This document shows, piece after piece, positions 19,249-30,086 of a DNA stretch of 64,000 bases; position 1 is the first letter of the stretch, and each line of letters begins with the position of its first letter. Origin of the DNA: Propionibacteriaceae bacterium (GTDB taxonomy: Bacteria > Actinomycetota > Actinomycetes > Propionibacteriales > Propionibacteriaceae); NCBI GenBank assembly GCA_035717205.1, contig DASTIW010000006.1, positions 1,417 to 65,416 on the forward strand, given 5' to 3'. The notes below the pieces were generated by a model. It saw nothing but the letters and a program-made list of their open reading frames with translations, was not told the origin of the DNA and did not search any database. Position numbers and translations under genes: made by a program.

Positions 19249-19408
19249 CTCAGCGATGCTAATCCGGACCACCGACAAAAATGGTCAATTGCCGATTTTG
19301 CTTTTCTGGGGCGATCGTGACGTGGCATCGGGCCGCACCGCGGAGTTCCTCGCGCCGTTGCGGTGCGGGCGGGGAATACTGGAGCTCTGGTAGCGGGTTG
19401 CCACGAAT

Positions 19409-19828
19409 ATGAGGATTGAGCAGGCCTTGGCGGCCGCCCGCGCGACGAAGCAGTCGGTGCTCACCACGCTGCGTAATGACGGACGACCTCAGCTGTCGAA
19501 CGTGATACACCACGCCGACGATCGGGGCGTTATTCGAATCTCGACGACTGCAGATCGGGCGAAGTACGCCAATCTGACTCGACGGCCGTGGGCAGCCCTG
19601 AAGGTGGATGGCGCGAACTTCTGGTCCTATGCCGTCTTGGAGGGCGACGTCGAGCTGTCCGCGGTGGCTGCCGAACCCGACGATTCCGCCGTCGAGGAAC
19701 TGGTGGAGCTGTACCGCAACCTCTCGGGCGAGCACCCGGACTGGAGCGAGTACCGACGCGCCATGGTCGCCGACCGGCGAGTTGTCGTGCGGCTGCAGCC
19801 GACCTACGCGTACGGCAGCCTTCGATAG
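19409..19828 (+). CDS. PPOX-class F420-dependent oxidoreductase
   Basis: LTTLRNDGRPQLSNV, KYANL, YRRAMVADRRVVVRL. Confidence 0.88.
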   Translation: MRIEQALAAARATKQSVLTTLRNDGRPQLSNVIHHADDRGVIRISTTADRAKYANLTRRPWAALKVDGANFWSYAVLEGDVELSAVAAEPDDSAVEELVELYRNLSGEHPDWSEYRRAMVADRRVVVRLQPTYAYGSLR

Positions 19829-19889
19829 TCGGTCGCTCATAGCCCTGTTTCGGATGGTCCGGCCCGTCAGGGGTCCCCCGTGCGAGCGG

Positions 19890-20315
19890 TTACTCGGGTC
19901 GCGGATGGGCGGCCAGCCACTCGGCTTGGCGTCGTTTCGAGACCCTGCACAGCCACGCATCTTCGACCACCTCGGCGAGCTCGGCGTAGCCGAGCTCACC
20001 GATCCGACTCGCGCGCACCAGCACGGACAGATGTCCGTCGAAGTGCGGCGTGGTGAAGTACGGCGTCCGCTCGTCTTGCACCATGGCAATCTTGTCCGAC
20101 TCGTCTGGAACCCAGAAGACGATCACGTCGTGATACCGCTCGCCCGTTTCGGGATCCACCGCGTCCGGACGTGGGTTCCGGAAGAAGATGAAGCTCTTCC
20201 CGCCCACCTGGTACACCGGGTTGTCCGATGGCCCATTCTGTACCGTGACGTACGGCATGGCGGTGGCCAGGTCATGGACATCGTCGACGGTGGCGGGTCG
20301 GTTCGAGCGCCTCAT
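19890..20315 (-). CDS. MmcQ/YjbR family protein
   Basis: PVYQVGGKSF..., FTTPHFDGHLSVLVR, LAEVVEDAWL; ATG 20315 inferred. Confidence 0.82.
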   Translation of the reverse strand: MRRSNRPATVDDVHDLATAMPYVTVQNGPSDNPVYQVGGKSFIFFRNPRPDAVDPETGERYHDVIVFWVPDESDKIAMVQDERTPYFTTPHFDGHLSVLVRASRIGELGYAELAEVVEDAWLCRVSKRRQAEWLAAHPRPE

Positions 20316-20390
20316 GTCCGGCAATGTAGCCACTTCCCCGCGACGATGGGTCACCGACCGCGCCGACGACCCGTGATCTAGGTTCGATGC

Positions 20391-20822
20391 ATGATCACCA
20401 ATGTCTCCTTGCTTACGTTGTTCGTCCTCGACCAGGACGAGTCGAAGGCCTTCTATCTGGACAAGCTTGGCTTCGTCGTGGGGACCGACATCAGTGTGGA
20501 CGGGTTTCGCTGGGTCACGGTGAAGCACCCCGCGCAGGCCGAGCTGGAGGTTGTGCTGTCGGTGCCGGGTCCGCCGATGGACGACGAGATGGCCGCAGCG
20601 ATCCGCCGGGCGCTTGCCAACGGCACGATGGGTGGCTTCGGCATGCATACCGACGACTGCCGCAAGGAGTACGACAGGCTGACGGCTGCGGGCGTCGACT
20701 TCGTTCAGCCGCCGACGGACCGTCCGTACGGGGTGGAGTCGGTCATGCGTGACAACTCGGGCAACTGGCTCGTCCTGGTGGAACCGCGCCCGTTCAACGC
20801 CTCAGACTTCGCCGACCACTGA
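20391..20822 (+). CDS. VOC (glyoxalase/bleomycin-resistance) family protein
   Basis: LFVLDQDESKAFYLDKLGF, RWVTV, PYGVESVMRDNSGNWLVLVE. Confidence 0.9.
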   Translation: MITNVSLLTLFVLDQDESKAFYLDKLGFVVGTDISVDGFRWVTVKHPAQAELEVVLSVPGPPMDDEMAAAIRRALANGTMGGFGMHTDDCRKEYDRLTAAGVDFVQPPTDRPYGVESVMRDNSGNWLVLVEPRPFNASDFADH

Positions 20823-20845
20823 TCCGTCCCGACCCTGCCGAAGCC

Positions 20846-21610
20846 CTAGGCGGCCAGGATGAACTCGGGATGTGCGTCCGCGGGTCGGGTTCGCGGGGTC
20901 CGGCTGTGGGACATGGCGAGCAGGACGACACCGAGGATGAGCAGCAACGCCGCGCGCAGCAGCCCTTCACCAGGTGCGTAACCGTGTGAGTTGTACGCGG
21001 CCCGCCAGGCCAGCATGTCGCCGAAAACGCCGACCGGGCCGGCTACCACAATGGTGACCAACAGGATCGACAGCCGGGCACCGCCCCGCCGCCGTGAGGC
21101 GATGCTCTCCGCCGCAGTGAACTGCAGTGCAGGTGTGAACGTGATCAACGCCAGCGTCAGCCAGCACAGGTCCGACACCACGTCCACGTGCGAGGCGAGC
21201 CGGGAACCGCCGACCTGCCACCACAGGTCCACGATGCTCTGTGCCGAGCAGCCCAGCGCCAACACCCCAACCGCGACCAGCCGCCACGTCGCCGCCGGAG
21301 CCAGCAACAGCGGTACGCACCACAACGCGCCCGAGGCGATCATGCCGACCGCCAGCAGCACTGCGGCGACCCGCAGGTCACCGGGCAGCACCGTGAAACC
21401 GTCCAGTCCGAGACCATCGGCTCGCCGCGCCGTACAGGCCGCCGCATCCATCGATGTCGGCAGACATACACCCCACCACCGGATGGCCCCGGCGGCGAGA
21501 GCCAGCAGCCCGGCGATCAGCACGGCGGCAGCACTGGTGACCCATGGGACGTGCCGGAGTCGTCCGCGCAGCCGAGGGCTGTTCACTGGGATCGGTTCGT
21601 CAATGCGCAC
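20846..21610 (-). CDS. Hypothetical multi-pass membrane protein
   Basis: About 6 hydrophobic segments; fills the gap between genes; no family recognised. Confidence 0.65.
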   Translation of the reverse strand: MRIDEPIPVNSPRLRGRLRHVPWVTSAAAVLIAGLLALAAGAIRWWGVCLPTSMDAAACTARRADGLGLDGFTVLPGDLRVAAVLLAVGMIASGALWCVPLLLAPAATWRLVAVGVLALGCSAQSIVDLWWQVGGSRLASHVDVVSDLCWLTLALITFTPALQFTAAESIASRRRGGARLSILLVTIVVAGPVGVFGDMLAWRAAYNSHGYAPGEGLLRAALLLILGVVLLAMSHSRTPRTRPADAHPEFILAA

Positions 21611-21742
21611 GTCTCAACCTCCGAGCCGGTTAACGTAGCCCTCAGCATGCCATCCAGATTGGCGGTTTCGATAGGGCTGCGCCCGCGCAGGGCGGATCCG
21701 CGCACGGAGCGGATCGGGCCACGGTCCTGCGCGAGTCAAGGA

Positions 21743-22615
21743 TCAGATGTTCGCGCCGTCGGGCGGGACGTCGTGCGGCAGCTCGGCGGCCGGCGTCGTG
21801 CCGCTCGCGGCGCCGGGACAGGCGAGGTCCAGCGTGTACGCCGTCATCGAGAGTGAGCCGTAGGCGTAGCCGTCGATGAGCACGTCCGTGCCGGAGTTGC
21901 TGGCACCGGCCAGACCGGCGAGGTACAGCAGCGGAAGGAAGTGGTCCGGAGTCGGGACCGCATGGGTGAAGTCGTGGTGTCGATCCAATGCCGGGACCTC
22001 GGCGGGGTCGGCCCGCATGGTCTCCTTCACCTGCTCATCGAACCGCTGCGCCCAGTCGTATCCCGTCTCCGGAAGGCTCGACGTCATGCCACGCAGATTG
22101 TGCACCACGTTGCCGCTGCCGACGATCAGCACACCGCGTTCGCGCAACGGCGCCAGCTTCGCGCCGAGCTCGAGGTGGTAGTCGAAGTCCTTGTCTGCGT
22201 TGATACTCAGCTGCACGACCGGGATGTCGGCCTTCGGAAATGCGTGCAGCAGGACCGACCAGGTGCCGTGGTCGATCCCCCAGCTGTCGACATCGGCGCC
22301 GACCCAGGTCGGCTTGACGACATCGCTCACCTCGGCCGCCATCTCCGGCAGTCCCGGTGCGGGGTAGTCGATGTCGAACAGCGGCTGCGGGAACCCGTAG
22401 AAGTCGTGGATGGTGCGAGGCTTGGGCATCGCCGTCACAGCGGTGGCGTTGATGTACCAGTGAGCCGACACGACCAAGATGGCACGTGGTCGGGGGACGG
22501 ATGCGCCCAGGGCGCGCCAGGCCTGGGTATAGCGGTTGTCGTCCAGGGCATTCATGGGGTTGCCGTGCCCGAGGAACGCGGCGGGCATGAGGCCATTCTC
22601 TGCAGCTGTGCTCAT
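21743..22615 (-). CDS. ygiD: 4,5-DOPA extradiol dioxygenase (YgiD/LigB family)
   Basis: FLGHGNPMNAL, VVSAHW, TIHDFYGFP, WGIDHGTW, GSGNVVHNL, PTPDHFLPLLY, GSLSMTAY. Confidence 0.93.
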   Translation of the reverse strand: MSTAAENGLMPAAFLGHGNPMNALDDNRYTQAWRALGASVPRPRAILVVSAHWYINATAVTAMPKPRTIHDFYGFPQPLFDIDYPAPGLPEMAAEVSDVVKPTWVGADVDSWGIDHGTWSVLLHAFPKADIPVVQLSINADKDFDYHLELGAKLAPLRERGVLIVGSGNVVHNLRGMTSSLPETGYDWAQRFDEQVKETMRADPAEVPALDRHHDFTHAVPTPDHFLPLLYLAGLAGASNSGTDVLIDGYAYGSLSMTAYTLDLACPGAASGTTPAAELPHDVPPDGANI

Positions 22616-22732
22616 GGCTTGCCTCCGGAAGGAGTCGAGAATCGACGTGGGCGGATCTGACGGTCCGTTCCGATCCTTGCAGGTATCGCGCCGGGTCTGG
22701 CGACCCGGACACGGGCGTGTCAGCATAAGGTC

Positions 22733-22951
22733 GTGGAACGACGACGGTGGAAAGACCTGTCTGAGGGGCAGCGCGCTGTTGTTGCGGTCCTCGGAGCTGT
22801 GCAGGTTGCCCTGCTCGCCGCGGCAGAGTTCGACCTGGCCCGCCGAGCGCCCGATCAGGTACGGGGCCCCAAGGTGGCGTGGCAGCTCGTGTGCCTGATC
22901 AACACGATCGGGCCGCTGCTCTACTTCTGGCGCGGCCGGCTGCGACGGTAG
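22733..22951 (+). CDS. Small membrane protein, PLDc N-terminal (PLDc_N) domain
   Basis: DLARR..VRGPKVAW..V.LINTIGPLLYF hairpin motif. Confidence 0.8.
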   Translation: MERRRWKDLSEGQRAVVAVLGAVQVALLAAAEFDLARRAPDQVRGPKVAWQLVCLINTIGPLLYFWRGRLRR

Positions 22952-22957
22952 TGCGGC

Positions 22958-23521
22958 CTAGCGGTCCATCAAGGCGTCGACGGCGACGGCGCACGCGGCT
23001 GCTATCCGCCAGTCCAGCCCGTCCTCGTGCACCTCGATGCGGTACACATCGCGCACCTTGAACTGACGATCGACCGCGAAAAGGGTTCGCTCCTGCTGGT
23101 CGACGAAGTCGAACTGCAACGGAAGCAGCCAGGGCCAGTCGCTGACCATGGACACTACCCGGCGAGCGATGGGACGCCACCGGGTGCGCTCCCGCCCTGT
23201 CAGGGTGCCTAGGGGCGTCTCGACGTGGTAGGTCGACCGGAACAAGGAGGCGACCGCGTCCTTGCGCAGGGTCGCCAGCACCTGCCCGTTCGGCTCGACG
23301 ATGTCGTAGATGCCGACCAGCTCGATGATGTTGCGGGCCTGGAGCGTGAACGCCACAGTCCGGGCGGACTCGTCGGTATAGAAGCTGATCTTCTCCCGCA
23401 GCGACAGGCGCTTCTGCTGAGCGAAGGCCAGCGGGGTCTCGCCCGCCCCGTCGATGCGGGCGACGTCGTACCGGTTCTGCATCACCGTGAACCGCTGGCG
23501 AAGTTGAAGGGTGTAGCTCAT
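22958..23521 (-). CDS. LURP-one/scramblase-like (tubby C-terminal-like) protein
   Basis: LRQRFT...Y, FAQQKRLSLREKISFY, FAVDRQFKVRDVYRI, IAAACAVAVD. Confidence 0.75.
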   Translation of the reverse strand: MSYTLQLRQRFTVMQNRYDVARIDGAGETPLAFAQQKRLSLREKISFYTDESARTVAFTLQARNIIELVGIYDIVEPNGQVLATLRKDAVASLFRSTYHVETPLGTLTGRERTRWRPIARRVVSMVSDWPWLLPLQFDFVDQQERTLFAVDRQFKVRDVYRIEVHEDGLDWRIAAACAVAVDALMDR

Positions 23522-23591
23522 CTGCGGCTCCCGGTCGTGGTGTCTGGGCTGGAGAGGCGGTCAGGGAAGCGTCAGACCCACCGCCTCGACG

Positions 23592-24419
23592 TCAGTCGAA
23601 CAGGTCCCCGAACATGTCGCCGATGCCGCCGCCGATGTCTCCGAGGCCATCACCGATGCCTTCGCCGATACTACCGACGCCGTCACCGATGCCGCCGAAC
23701 ATGTCGCCCATCCCGGCGCCCACGCCGCCGAAGACGTTACCCATCCCGCCGAACAGGAAGCTGCCGATCAGCACACCGGACAGCATGTCGCTGCCGCTCC
23801 ATCGGCTGTAGTAGCCCTGTGCCCAGGGAGCGTACGCCTGACCGCCCTCCCAGTACGGCACCCGCTGGGCGCCCACCTGGACGGTACGAATGTAGGGGTC
23901 CGCACCCGCCAGGACCCGTTCCGCGTCGGCGGCACAGGCCGGGATCGATCGGACCGCCCCACCGGGAGGCGCCCAGTCCACGTTCTGGGTGGACGGGCCG
24001 TGCGCCGGGTTGAAGAAGCACGGCGGTCGTTTGGCGGGCAGCTTCTGCCCGGCGATCCGGGCCTTCACGCAGGCGACGGCGTACCGGCCGTCCTCCAAGA
24101 TCTCGGTGACGTGCTTGATCTCCTCGGGCCGACGGACGGCGTCAAGCGACACCTTGGCGTCGTCGTAGGCGTCCAGGGCCCGCTGGTAGTCCTGCTGCAT
24201 CGCCTCGTCAAGGGCATGGCCAGCCACGTCGGCGTCCAGCCGCTGCAGTTCTTCCCCGAACTTGGTGACGTCCTCGTCGGCAGCGCGCCGCGAGACGGAC
24301 AGCTGGTTCTCCAGCTCCGCCTGCTCAGCCTGGGCTCGCTGGCGGGATGCGCGTCTGGAGTAGAGCAGCGCACCGCCCCCGAGGGCGAAGAGGAAAATGA
24401 GCACGAACAAGCCATCCAT
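23592..24419 (-). CDS. Hypothetical membrane-anchored protein with coiled coil and Gly/Asp-rich tail
   Basis: N-terminal TM helix, coiled-coil-like region, RPPCFFNPAHGPS, C-terminal (G/D)xGx repeats. Confidence 0.7.
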   Translation of the reverse strand: MDGLFVLIFLFALGGGALLYSRRASRQRAQAEQAELENQLSVSRRAADEDVTKFGEELQRLDADVAGHALDEAMQQDYQRALDAYDDAKVSLDAVRRPEEIKHVTEILEDGRYAVACVKARIAGQKLPAKRPPCFFNPAHGPSTQNVDWAPPGGAVRSIPACAADAERVLAGADPYIRTVQVGAQRVPYWEGGQAYAPWAQGYYSRWSGSDMLSGVLIGSFLFGGMGNVFGGVGAGMGDMFGGIGDGVGSIGEGIGDGLGDIGGGIGDMFGDLFD

Positions 24420-24502
24420 ATGGTCCAGTGTGCCTGCCCGACCTACCGATCGCGGAACCGACGATGGAGTTCTTAGTCCTTTTTTGGGTCCTCAGGAGGA
24501 GA

Positions 24503-26275
24503 TCAGACGTCCACGATCTCGCACAAGGCGGACCCGCTGGTCACTGTTGCACCGACCTCCGCGCTGAGGGCGGTCACCTTGCCGCCTCGGTGAGCGGTCA
24601 GCGGCTGCTCCATCTTCATGGCTTCCAGAACGACGATCAGGTCGCCGGTCTCCACCACGTCGCCGTCGGCGACCGCCACCTTGACGATGGTGCCCTGCAT
24701 CGGCGAGGTGAGGGCGTTGCCCGAGGGTGCCTTCGCGCTGCTGCCGCTGCCACCGCGGCGTACCGGCTTCTTGGCTCGTGCAGCGGCGGCCGGGGCGCTG
24801 TTGGCGGCGCCGAGACCGCTCGGGACGACCACCTCCAGCCGCTTGCCGTTGACCTCGACCACCACAGTCGACTTCTCCACCGGTTCTGGCGCGGCTCCGA
24901 TGGGGCCCTCGTACGGGGCGATCTCGCCGCGGAACTCGGTCTCGATCCAACGGGTGTGCACGCCGAAATGCCCATCCTCCGCGGTGAAGGCCGGATCATT
25001 CAGCACTGCCCGGTGAAACGGCACCACTGTCGGCATACCGTCGATCACCAGTTCGGCCAGCGCACGGCGAGACCGAGCCAGTGCCTGTGCGCGGTCCGCA
25101 CCGGTGATGATGATCTTCGCCACCAGGGAGTCGAAAGTGCCAGGTACGGTCATGCCGGCGACGTAGCCCTCGTCCACCCGGACACCCGGCCCCGCTGGCG
25201 GACGCCAGGTCACCAACGTGCCCGGTGCCGGCATGAAGTTACGGCCGGCGTCCTCGGCGTTGATGCGAAACTCAATCGAGTGTCCTCGCACCGGCGGGTC
25301 GTCGTAGCCGAGCTGCTCGCCGTCGGCAATCCGGAACATCTCCCGTACCAGGTCCAGGCCGGTGACCTCCTCGGACACGGGGTGCTCGACCTGGAGCCGG
25401 GTGTTGACCTCGAGGAAGGAGATCGTTCCGTCCAGGCCGACCAGAAACTCACAAGTGCCGGCGCCGACATAGCCGGCCTCCAGCAGGATCGCCTTGGACG
25501 AGCTGTAGAGCTGTTCGACCTGGTCCGGTGTCAGCGACGGCGCCGGCGCCTCCTCGACCAGCTTCTGGTGCCGGCGTTGCAGGGAGCAGTCGCGGGTGGA
25601 GACGACCACGACGTTGCCGTGACGGTCGGCCAGGCACTGGGTTTCGACGTGCCGCGGCTTGTCGAGGTAGCGCTCAACGAAGCACTCGCCGCGGCCGAAC
25701 GCGGTCACGGCCTCACGGGTCGCTGAGTCGAACAGGTGCGAGATTTCGCTCATCTCCCGGGCCACCTTCAGCCCGCGACCGCCGCCGCCGAATGCCGCCT
25801 TGATGGCGATCGGCAGGCCGTACTTCTCTGCGAAGGCAGTCACCTCGGCCGCGTCCGCCACCGGATCGGCCGTGCCGGGAACCAGCGGGGCGCCAACCTT
25901 CTGCGCGATGTGGCGAGCCTGGACCTTATCGCCGAGGCTCTCGATCGCCGCCGGTGGCGGCCCGATCCAGACCAGCCCCGCGTCCAGGACGGCTTGGGCG
26001 AATCGTGAGTTCTCGGCCAGGAAGCCGTAACCAGGGTGAATTGCGTCCGCGCCGCTGCGGGCCGCGACCGCCAGGATCTTCTCCACGTCGAGGTAGGTCT
26101 CAGCAGGGCTCGTGCCGCCTAATGCATAAGCATCGTCGGCAAGCTGCACAAAGAGCGCATCGGCGTCAGTGTCCGCGTACACCGCCACGCTTCCAAGGCC
26201 CGCGTCGGCAGCCGCCCGGATCACCCGCACTGCGATCTCGCCACGGTTGGCGACCAGCACCTTGCTGATTCCCAC
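24503..26275 (-). CDS. accA3: Acetyl/propionyl-CoA carboxylase alpha subunit (biotin carboxylase + BCCP)
   Basis: [50 protein letters not shown] biotinylation site. Confidence 0.97.
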   Translation of the reverse strand: MGISKVLVANRGEIAVRVIRAAADAGLGSVAVYADTDADALFVQLADDAYALGGTSPAETYLDVEKILAVAARSGADAIHPGYGFLAENSRFAQAVLDAGLVWIGPPPAAIESLGDKVQARHIAQKVGAPLVPGTADPVADAAEVTAFAEKYGLPIAIKAAFGGGGRGLKVAREMSEISHLFDSATREAVTAFGRGECFVERYLDKPRHVETQCLADRHGNVVVVSTRDCSLQRRHQKLVEEAPAPSLTPDQVEQLYSSSKAILLEAGYVGAGTCEFLVGLDGTISFLEVNTRLQVEHPVSEEVTGLDLVREMFRIADGEQLGYDDPPVRGHSIEFRINAEDAGRNFMPAPGTLVTWRPPAGPGVRVDEGYVAGMTVPGTFDSLVAKIIITGADRAQALARSRRALAELVIDGMPTVVPFHRAVLNDPAFTAEDGHFGVHTRWIETEFRGEIAPYEGPIGAAPEPVEKSTVVVEVNGKRLEVVVPSGLGAANSAPAAAARAKKPVRRGGSGSSAKAPSGNALTSPMQGTIVKVAVADGDVVETGDLIVVLEAMKMEQPLTAHRGGKVTALSAEVGATVTSGSALCEIVDV

Positions 26276-26512
26276 TGTTCCTCCCAGACCTGTGCGGTAG
26301 ACCTTCGGCGCTGAAGTGCACCACCTTGCCGGAGTCTAGAGGCTTCCGCGTTCAGGCGCTGATCGGCCCGGCGGTGTCGCACGAGGATCTGGGCCGCGCG
26401 TGCGGCGAGGGTGTTGGCTGGTCCAGGACGAGGAAGTTGACGACCGACGGCGAGCAGGCCGACGACCACCGTGACCCGCGCCCCCACAGCCGGATCGCAC
26501 TAGGCTGGTCGC

Positions 26513-27046
26513 GTGCAACCGACTCCTGACACCAAGGACTGGACCTGGACGCTGAGCCGTCGCTGCGACGAGTGCGGCCTGTCGGCCGGGGAGATCGAGG
26601 TCGCCGAGCTGCCCGACCGGATCGAGGCCGTCGCCGCAGAATGGGTGCAGATCCTGACGTCCAGCCCCGCGGTGTCGGCGCGCCCGTTCCCCGACGTCTG
26701 GTCCCCGCTGGAGTACGGGGCGCATGTCCGCGACGTATGCCGCCTGAGCGATGCCCGGCTGGCTTTGATGCTGGTCGAGGACTACCCGACCTTCGCGTAC
26801 TGGGACCAAGACGAGACCGCCATCGCCGAGAACTACTTGGAGGCCGATCCCGACGAGGTGGCCGCCGAGCTGGTCGAGGCCGCGGAGTCCTTCATCGCCC
26901 GGCTGCAGCCGCTCAGCCCCGCGCAGCTCGAGCGGCGTGGCCGGCGCTCCGACGGTGCCGAGTTCACCGTGACCACGTTCGCTCAGTATTTCTTTCACGA
27001 CATCTTCCATCACCTCTGGGACGTCACCGGTCAGCAGGAGGTCTGA
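26513..27046 (+). CDS. DinB family protein
   Basis: WSPLEYGAHVRD, HDIFHHLWD, N-terminal CDEC; leaderless GTG after TAGGCT. Confidence 0.85.
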   Translation: MQPTPDTKDWTWTLSRRCDECGLSAGEIEVAELPDRIEAVAAEWVQILTSSPAVSARPFPDVWSPLEYGAHVRDVCRLSDARLALMLVEDYPTFAYWDQDETAIAENYLEADPDEVAAELVEAAESFIARLQPLSPAQLERRGRRSDGAEFTVTTFAQYFFHDIFHHLWDVTGQQEV

Positions 27047-27164
27047 GCCGTCGCCCTGGCGGGGGTGGCCCGAACTCGGTGGGCCTGGGACGGGAGACCC
27101 AAGAGCCGCAGCGGCGGAGCGACCGGCCTACGGTGCGGATGTCAACGACGACAGGAACACCTGA

Positions 27165-28334
27165 ATGAGCGGGAACTTCGAACTCGACGAGGAGCACAAC
27201 GACTTCCGCGCCGCCGTGGCGGACTTCGCCGCCGAGCGCCTGGCTCCGCATGTGAGTCGCTGGGACGCCGGACACACGCTGCCGCTGGATGCGGTCCGCC
27301 AGATGGGGCAGCTCGGCCTGTTCGGCCTGAACGCGCCGCCTGAGTACGGCGGCGCCGGAGACTTCACCAGTCTCTGCGTCGCCATCGAGGAGATCGGCAA
27401 GGTCGACCAGTCCCTGGGTATCACGTTGGAGGCGGCGGTCGGGCTGGGGATAGCCCCGATCGCCCGCTTCGGCACCCGCGAGCAGAAGGAGCGTCTGCTG
27501 CCGGACCTGATCGCCGGCAGGGCGTTGGCGGGCTTCGGACTGACTGAGCCGGAGGCTGGCTCTGATGCCGGCGCTACCAGGACGACCGCGGTGCTGGAGG
27601 ACGGCGCATGGGTGATCAACGGCTCCAAGCAGTTCATCACCAACTCCGGCACCGCTATCACCTCGGTCGTGACGATCACCGCGCGTACCGGCACCCGGCC
27701 CGACGGCACAGCCGAGATCTCGGCGATCCTCGTTCCGGCGGGAGCACCCGGATTCGGCGTGGGCCCCGCCTACGACAAGCTGGGCTGGCACGCCTCGGAC
27801 ACGCACCCGCTCACCTTCGATCACGTGCGGCTCGGCCCCGACGCCTTGCTGGGTGAGCGCGGTCGGGGCTTTGCGGAGCTGCTCGCCGTCCTCGACTCGG
27901 GCAGGGTTGCGATCGCGGCACTAGCGCTCGGCTGCATCCGCGCCTGTGTGGAGATGTCGACCCGGTACGCGCTGGAGCGCACCAGCTTCGGAGCTCCTAT
28001 CGGCCGCCGGCAGGGCGTCGCGTTCCAGATCGCCGACCTCGACGTGATGGCGCATACTGCCCACCTGCTCGTCTACTCCGCGGCCGCGATGAAGGACCGC
28101 GGGTCTGATCATGCGGCCTTCCGCCGGGCGGCCGCGATCGCGAAGGTCTACGCCACCGAGTCAGCCGTCACCGCGACCCGGATCGCGACTCAGATCTTCG
28201 GCGGGTACGGGTTTATGGAGGAGTATCCGGTGGCCCGGTTCTACCGGGACGCCAAGGTGCTCGAGATCGGCGAGGGCACCTCGGAGGTGCAGCGTCTGCT
28301 GATCGCCCGTGCGCTCGGTCTGCCGGTCGAGTGA
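27165..28334 (+). CDS. Acyl-CoA dehydrogenase
   Basis: [59 protein letters not shown]. Confidence 0.95.
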   Translation: MSGNFELDEEHNDFRAAVADFAAERLAPHVSRWDAGHTLPLDAVRQMGQLGLFGLNAPPEYGGAGDFTSLCVAIEEIGKVDQSLGITLEAAVGLGIAPIARFGTREQKERLLPDLIAGRALAGFGLTEPEAGSDAGATRTTAVLEDGAWVINGSKQFITNSGTAITSVVTITARTGTRPDGTAEISAILVPAGAPGFGVGPAYDKLGWHASDTHPLTFDHVRLGPDALLGERGRGFAELLAVLDSGRVAIAALALGCIRACVEMSTRYALERTSFGAPIGRRQGVAFQIADLDVMAHTAHLLVYSAAAMKDRGSDHAAFRRAAAIAKVYATESAVTATRIATQIFGGYGFMEEYPVARFYRDAKVLEIGEGTSEVQRLLIARALGLPVE

Positions 28335-29914
28335 GCGCTCCATCCGCAGGGCAGGATGTGCCCATGACTGATGCTGCCCCCCAGATGAGCGGCGGTACGG
28401 CGGCGGCCATCCGCGCCGCGCGGCAGCGCACCCTGCAGCCAAGCGAGCGCGCGGCGGCCAAGCTTCGGGCGCAGGGGAAGCTGTTCGCTCGCGAGCGGAT
28501 CGCTGAGCTGTTCGATCCGGACACCTTCGTGGAGGACGGCCAGCTCGCCAACGCGCTGGCCGACGGCCTGCCGGCCGACGCAGTGGTAACCGGTCGGGGT
28601 CTGGTGGATCGACGTCCCGCGCTCGTGGTGGCGAACGACCCCAGTGTAAAAGCCGGCTCCTGGGGTGCCAGGACGGTGGAGAAGATCATCCGCGTGACCG
28701 AGGTGGCGCTCCGCGACGAGCTTCCGATCTTCTGGTTCATCGACTCCGCGGGGGCTCGGATCACCGATCAGGTCGACCTGTTTCCGGGGCGACGGGGCGC
28801 GGGCCGGATCTTCCGCAACCAGGTAGCTCTATCGGGCAAGGTTCCGCAGATCTGCTGCCTTTTCGGGCCCAGCGCCGCGGGCGGTGCGTACATCCCGTCC
28901 TTTTGCGACCTGGTGATCATGGTCGAGGCGAACGCGTCGATGTATCTGGGCTCCCCGCGGATGGCGGAGATGGTGGTCGGGGAGAAGGTGACGCTGGAGG
29001 AGATGGGCGGTGCGCGGATGCATGCCACGGTCTCTGGCTGCGGCGACCAGCTCGCCGCGGACGACTCGGACGCCATCGAGCAGGCGAAACAGTACTTCTC
29101 GTACCTGCCGGGAAGCTGGCGCTGCGCCCCACCGCGGTACGACCCGTCCCCAGCCGCTCGGCCCTTCACCGAGGCCCTCGTGCCGACGGACGAGTCAGCG
29201 GGGTACGACATCACCACGGTGATCGAGGCGGTGGTGGACGGCGGCTCGTTCCTGGAGCTCAAACCGCTGTTCGCGCCCGAGGTGGTGACCGGGCTCGCGC
29301 TGCTGGACGGGCAGCCGATCGGGATCGTGGCGAACCAGCCCGCCGTCAAGGGCGGCGTGTTGTTCGTCGACTCGGCCGACAAGGCGGCGCGCTTCATCTG
29401 GCTGTGCGACGCCTTCAACCTGCCGCTGCTGTACCTGGCGGACGTCCCAGGCTTCATGATCGGCAGTGAGGTGGAGCGGCACGGGATCATCCGACACGGC
29501 GCCAAGATGATCACCGCCGTCGCGGAGGCTACCGTACCCACGGTGTCGCTGATCGTGCGGAAGGCGTACGGCGCCGGTCTCTATGCCATGGCCGGACCCG
29601 GCTTCGGTCCGGATGCCTGTCTGGCCCTGCCGACGGCCAAGATTGCGGTGATGGGACCGGAAGCCGCGGTCAACGCCGTTTTCGCCAACAAGATCGCCGC
29701 AATCGAGGACGCCGACGAGCGGGCGGCCTACGTGCGTGACCGCGAGCGGGAGTATGAGCTCAACATCGACATTCTTCGGTTGGCGAGCGAGCTGATCGTC
29801 GATGGCATCGTCGAACCTGCGCAGGTACGTGGCGAGCTGATCGCCCGGTTTGCGGCCGCCGCGAGCAAGGACCGGCACTTCAGCACCCGTCGACATGGTA
29901 TCCCGCCGGTCTGA
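28331..29914 (+). CDS. Acyl-CoA carboxylase carboxyltransferase (beta) subunit
   Basis: DSAGARI, GPSAAGGAY, EEMGGARMH, ADKAARFI, DVPGFMIG, RKAYGAG, AVMGPEAA. Confidence 0.93.
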   Translation: MSAPSAGQDVPMTDAAPQMSGGTAAAIRAARQRTLQPSERAAAKLRAQGKLFARERIAELFDPDTFVEDGQLANALADGLPADAVVTGRGLVDRRPALVVANDPSVKAGSWGARTVEKIIRVTEVALRDELPIFWFIDSAGARITDQVDLFPGRRGAGRIFRNQVALSGKVPQICCLFGPSAAGGAYIPSFCDLVIMVEANASMYLGSPRMAEMVVGEKVTLEEMGGARMHATVSGCGDQLAADDSDAIEQAKQYFSYLPGSWRCAPPRYDPSPAARPFTEALVPTDESAGYDITTVIEAVVDGGSFLELKPLFAPEVVTGLALLDGQPIGIVANQPAVKGGVLFVDSADKAARFIWLCDAFNLPLLYLADVPGFMIGSEVERHGIIRHGAKMITAVAEATVPTVSLIVRKAYGAGLYAMAGPGFGPDACLALPTAKIAVMGPEAAVNAVFANKIAAIEDADERAAYVRDREREYELNIDILRLASELIVDGIVEPAQVRGELIARFAAAASKDRHFSTRRHGIPPV

Positions 29915-29964
29915 ACCCGACCTCTGGTCAACCCGGCCGACCCGGATGGGTCCAGCGGGGCGTC

Positions 29965-30024
29965 CGCATATCTCCCATCCAGCCGCACACCTCCTACGGT
30001 GTGCGCCGGCGTGGGAAGTATGCG
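29965..30024 (+). repeat. Structured 60-nt repeat, copy 1 (nested hairpin)
   Basis: cgcatatctccca...tgggaagtatgcg outer stem; cgcacacc-tcctac-ggtgtgcg inner stem; 48/60 identical to 31081-31140 without gaps. Confidence 0.85.
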
Positions 30025-30086
30025 GATTCTCCACAGATCGGATTCGGGCTGACCACCCGGGTGCTGTGAGGTGCTTCGGTGGTGCG

